From Acaryochloris thomasi RCC1774 (lineage in GTDB: Bacteria; Cyanobacteriota; Cyanobacteriia; Thermosynechococcales; Thermosynechococcaceae), in assembly GCF_003231495.1 (NCBI RefSeq), contig NZ_PQWO01000010.1, positions 150,001 to 182,000 of the forward strand: a stretch of DNA of 32,000 nt. Reading direction: 5' to 3'. The notes below the pieces were generated by a model that saw only the letters and a list, made by a program, of their open reading frames with translations, did no database searches and was not told the origin of the DNA. Of this stretch, positions 30,533-32,000 are shown in pieces. The stretch's first letter is position 1, and each line of letters starts with the position of its first letter. Made by a program: the position numbers and the translations under genes.

Positions 30533-30856
30533 ATGCCCCTAAAGATTATTGAGAACTTTGACGGCAACTTCACACTGGCCCCAGAGGTGAAAGTCGCGCT
30601 CTTTGAGATGCTGACGCAGGATGCCTTTTTGGCACAGGTCGCTCAGAATGCCGGGTGTCCGGCCGTAGAGTTTACGGAGCTCATTTTTCAGCCACTGCCC
30701 TACAGCAAAAGTACGCCGAAAGGGATGCCGTCTCTGTTTGAGCAGTACCACGACTCTGAAGACTATGTGATTATTAATGTGCCGCCCAACTATATGTTCA
30801 AGGCAAAAGTGTTTAAGCCCAGTCGCCTATGTGCAATCTATCGGCGACAGTCATAG
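30533..30856 (+). CDS. Hypothetical protein (107 aa)
   Basis: An isolated ATG-initiated ORF in a gap with no better competing frame. The sequence is not low complexity. I recognise no motif. Confidence 0.5.
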   Translation: MPLKIIENFDGNFTLAPEVKVALFEMLTQDAFLAQVAQNAGCPAVEFTELIFQPLPYSKSTPKGMPSLFEQYHDSEDYVIINVPPNYMFKAKVFKPSRLCAIYRRQS

Positions 30857-30964
30857 CGGCGAGAAGGGTACACTAAGGGGCATAACCGGCATCTCTCGGG
30901 GCTTTGAATTGACAGAACCTCTTAGATTACGCCAAAATTAAGAAATGTTAACGCGATAGGCAGC

Positions 30965-31612
30965 ATGGTATTTGACTGGCTTTCTATAGAAACAGTACAG
31001 GGGCTCGCGCAACAGTATGGCTACGTCGTTGTTTTCTTGGGAATTTTACTGGAGAGCCTAGGATTACCTCTACCAGGGGAATCGATTGTGCTGGTGGGTG
31101 GCTTTTTAGCCGGACAGGGAGATCTGAAATTTCTTTGGGTGGTCCTCAGCGCGCTTGCGGGTGCGATTGTGGGCGGCAACTGCGGCTACTGGATTGGGGT
31201 CTATGGGGGTTGGCCACTGCTCTTGAGAGTGGGCAAGGTCTTTCGGGTGCCCACAGAGAAGCTAGAGGAACTACAGCAGCGCTTTAGCTACAACGCAGGT
31301 CGAGCGGTTTTCTTAGGCCGCTTTGTGGCTTTATTGCGTATTTTTGCTAGCCCTTTGGCCGGAATTGCGAAGATGCCCTACGGGCGGTTTATGATTTATA
31401 ACTGTGCAGGGGCAATGCTCTGGGCAACAGTTATGGTCTCGCTTGCTTTCTTTGCAGGTGAAATTATTTCACTGGGCCAGTTAGTGGCCATTGTCAGTGA
31501 GTTTAGCCTGTTGATCCTAGGGGGACTGATCGCTTGGTTTGTGTTCCCTTATTTGCTAAGGATGACGAAGCGACAGAGGCTGAAGCAAGCGGGTGAATCT
31601 GAGAGTTCTTAG
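30965..31612 (+). CDS. DedA-family (VTT/SNARE-associated) membrane protein
   Basis: YGYVVVFLGILLESLGLPLPGESIVLVGGFLAGQG is the DedA signature (E..G.P.PGE). The 215-aa product has multiple TM helices. Confidence 0.85.
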   Translation: MVFDWLSIETVQGLAQQYGYVVVFLGILLESLGLPLPGESIVLVGGFLAGQGDLKFLWVVLSALAGAIVGGNCGYWIGVYGGWPLLLRVGKVFRVPTEKLEELQQRFSYNAGRAVFLGRFVALLRIFASPLAGIAKMPYGRFMIYNCAGAMLWATVMVSLAFFAGEIISLGQLVAIVSEFSLLILGGLIAWFVFPYLLRMTKRQRLKQAGESESS

Positions 31613-31660
31613 GCCTTGGCTCTGATCTCTGCGCTGTTGTTCAAGAGGTCAAGGTTAGCC

Positions 31661-32000
31661 ATGGTGGCTCCTACTGAAGAGCTAATCGCGTCTGTCCCAG
31701 GACCAGAGGCGGACCCTATCTTGGCACTGCAGGCTGCAGAGCGTCAGGAATCGATTAAGGCAGCTTTATTTTCAGCAGTGGCGGTGGCGGTCACGTTTAG
31801 TGCGCTGACGGCTTTCAACCAGATCGTAGCGACGGCGATTCCGTCTTTATGGATGCTGCAAATGCAGGGGCTGAACTGGCAGGGGCTAGGCAGTGGTGCG
31901 ATCGCAACTTTAGCGGGCTGTGTGTTTGGCATCAACTATCGCTACGCGGTGCGCACCGATCGCAATCCGCATCTAGGGTCAGGAGTAGTGATGGCATTTG
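31661..32000 (+). CDS. Membrane protein of unknown function, 3'-truncated by the window edge
   Basis: It starts with the ATG at 31661 and the frame is open to nt 32000. It is absent from the ORF track because no stop is reached. The sequence is MVAPTEELIASVPG...ALFSAVAVAVTFSALTAF...GSGAIATLAGCVFGINYRYAV, with hydrophobic helices. The antisense ORF 31744..31935 is judged spurious. Confidence 0.55.
   Translation, partial: MVAPTEELIASVPGPEADPILALQAAERQESIKAALFSAVAVAVTFSALTAFNQIVATAIPSLWMLQMQGLNWQGLGSGAIATLAGCVFGINYRYAVRTDRNPHLGSGVVMAF
31898..31905. repeat. HIP1 octamer GCGATCGC
   Basis: Exact match read from the sequence. Confidence 0.95.

Noticed and set aside
31744-31935. 63-aa minus-strand ORF near the window end
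   Set aside because: It is antisense to a longer open plus-strand frame (31661 to the window end) that has clear membrane-helix character.

Overview
This is a chromosomal window from a cyanobacterium. That origin is inferred from 16 copies of the HIP1 octamer GCGATCGC and from the gene content (bciB, btpA, an Slr0204-type DHNA-CoA thioesterase, DUF1823- and DUF3611-like genes). I call 34 intact or edge-truncated CDSs and 2 pseudogenes (a decayed cytochrome P450 and a histidine-kinase remnant). I found no rRNA, tRNA, CRISPR array, transposase or phage genes. Most genes are housekeeping or accessory metabolism: infC, scpB, an ABC ATPase, folK, a Nudix hydrolase, squalene synthase, serC, a PQQ-type dehydrogenase, an FAD oxidoreductase and a DedA protein. 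Four items stand out as unexplained. (i) A co-directional gene pair at 27078..29446 encodes a Ras-like GTPase-TM-TPR protein and a partner whose N-terminal domain looks longin/roadblock-like. (ii) A 970-aa membrane-anchored, Gln-rich coiled-coil protein ends in a BRCT domain. (iii) bciB is packed within 3-4 nt of two unknown-function genes that I recall as restricted to oxygenic phototrophs. (iv) A 540-aa hyper-acidic, disordered, tail-anchored protein lies just upstream of that cluster. All functional calls come from motif recognition by eye on the supplied translations and DNA. No database search or structure prediction was run.
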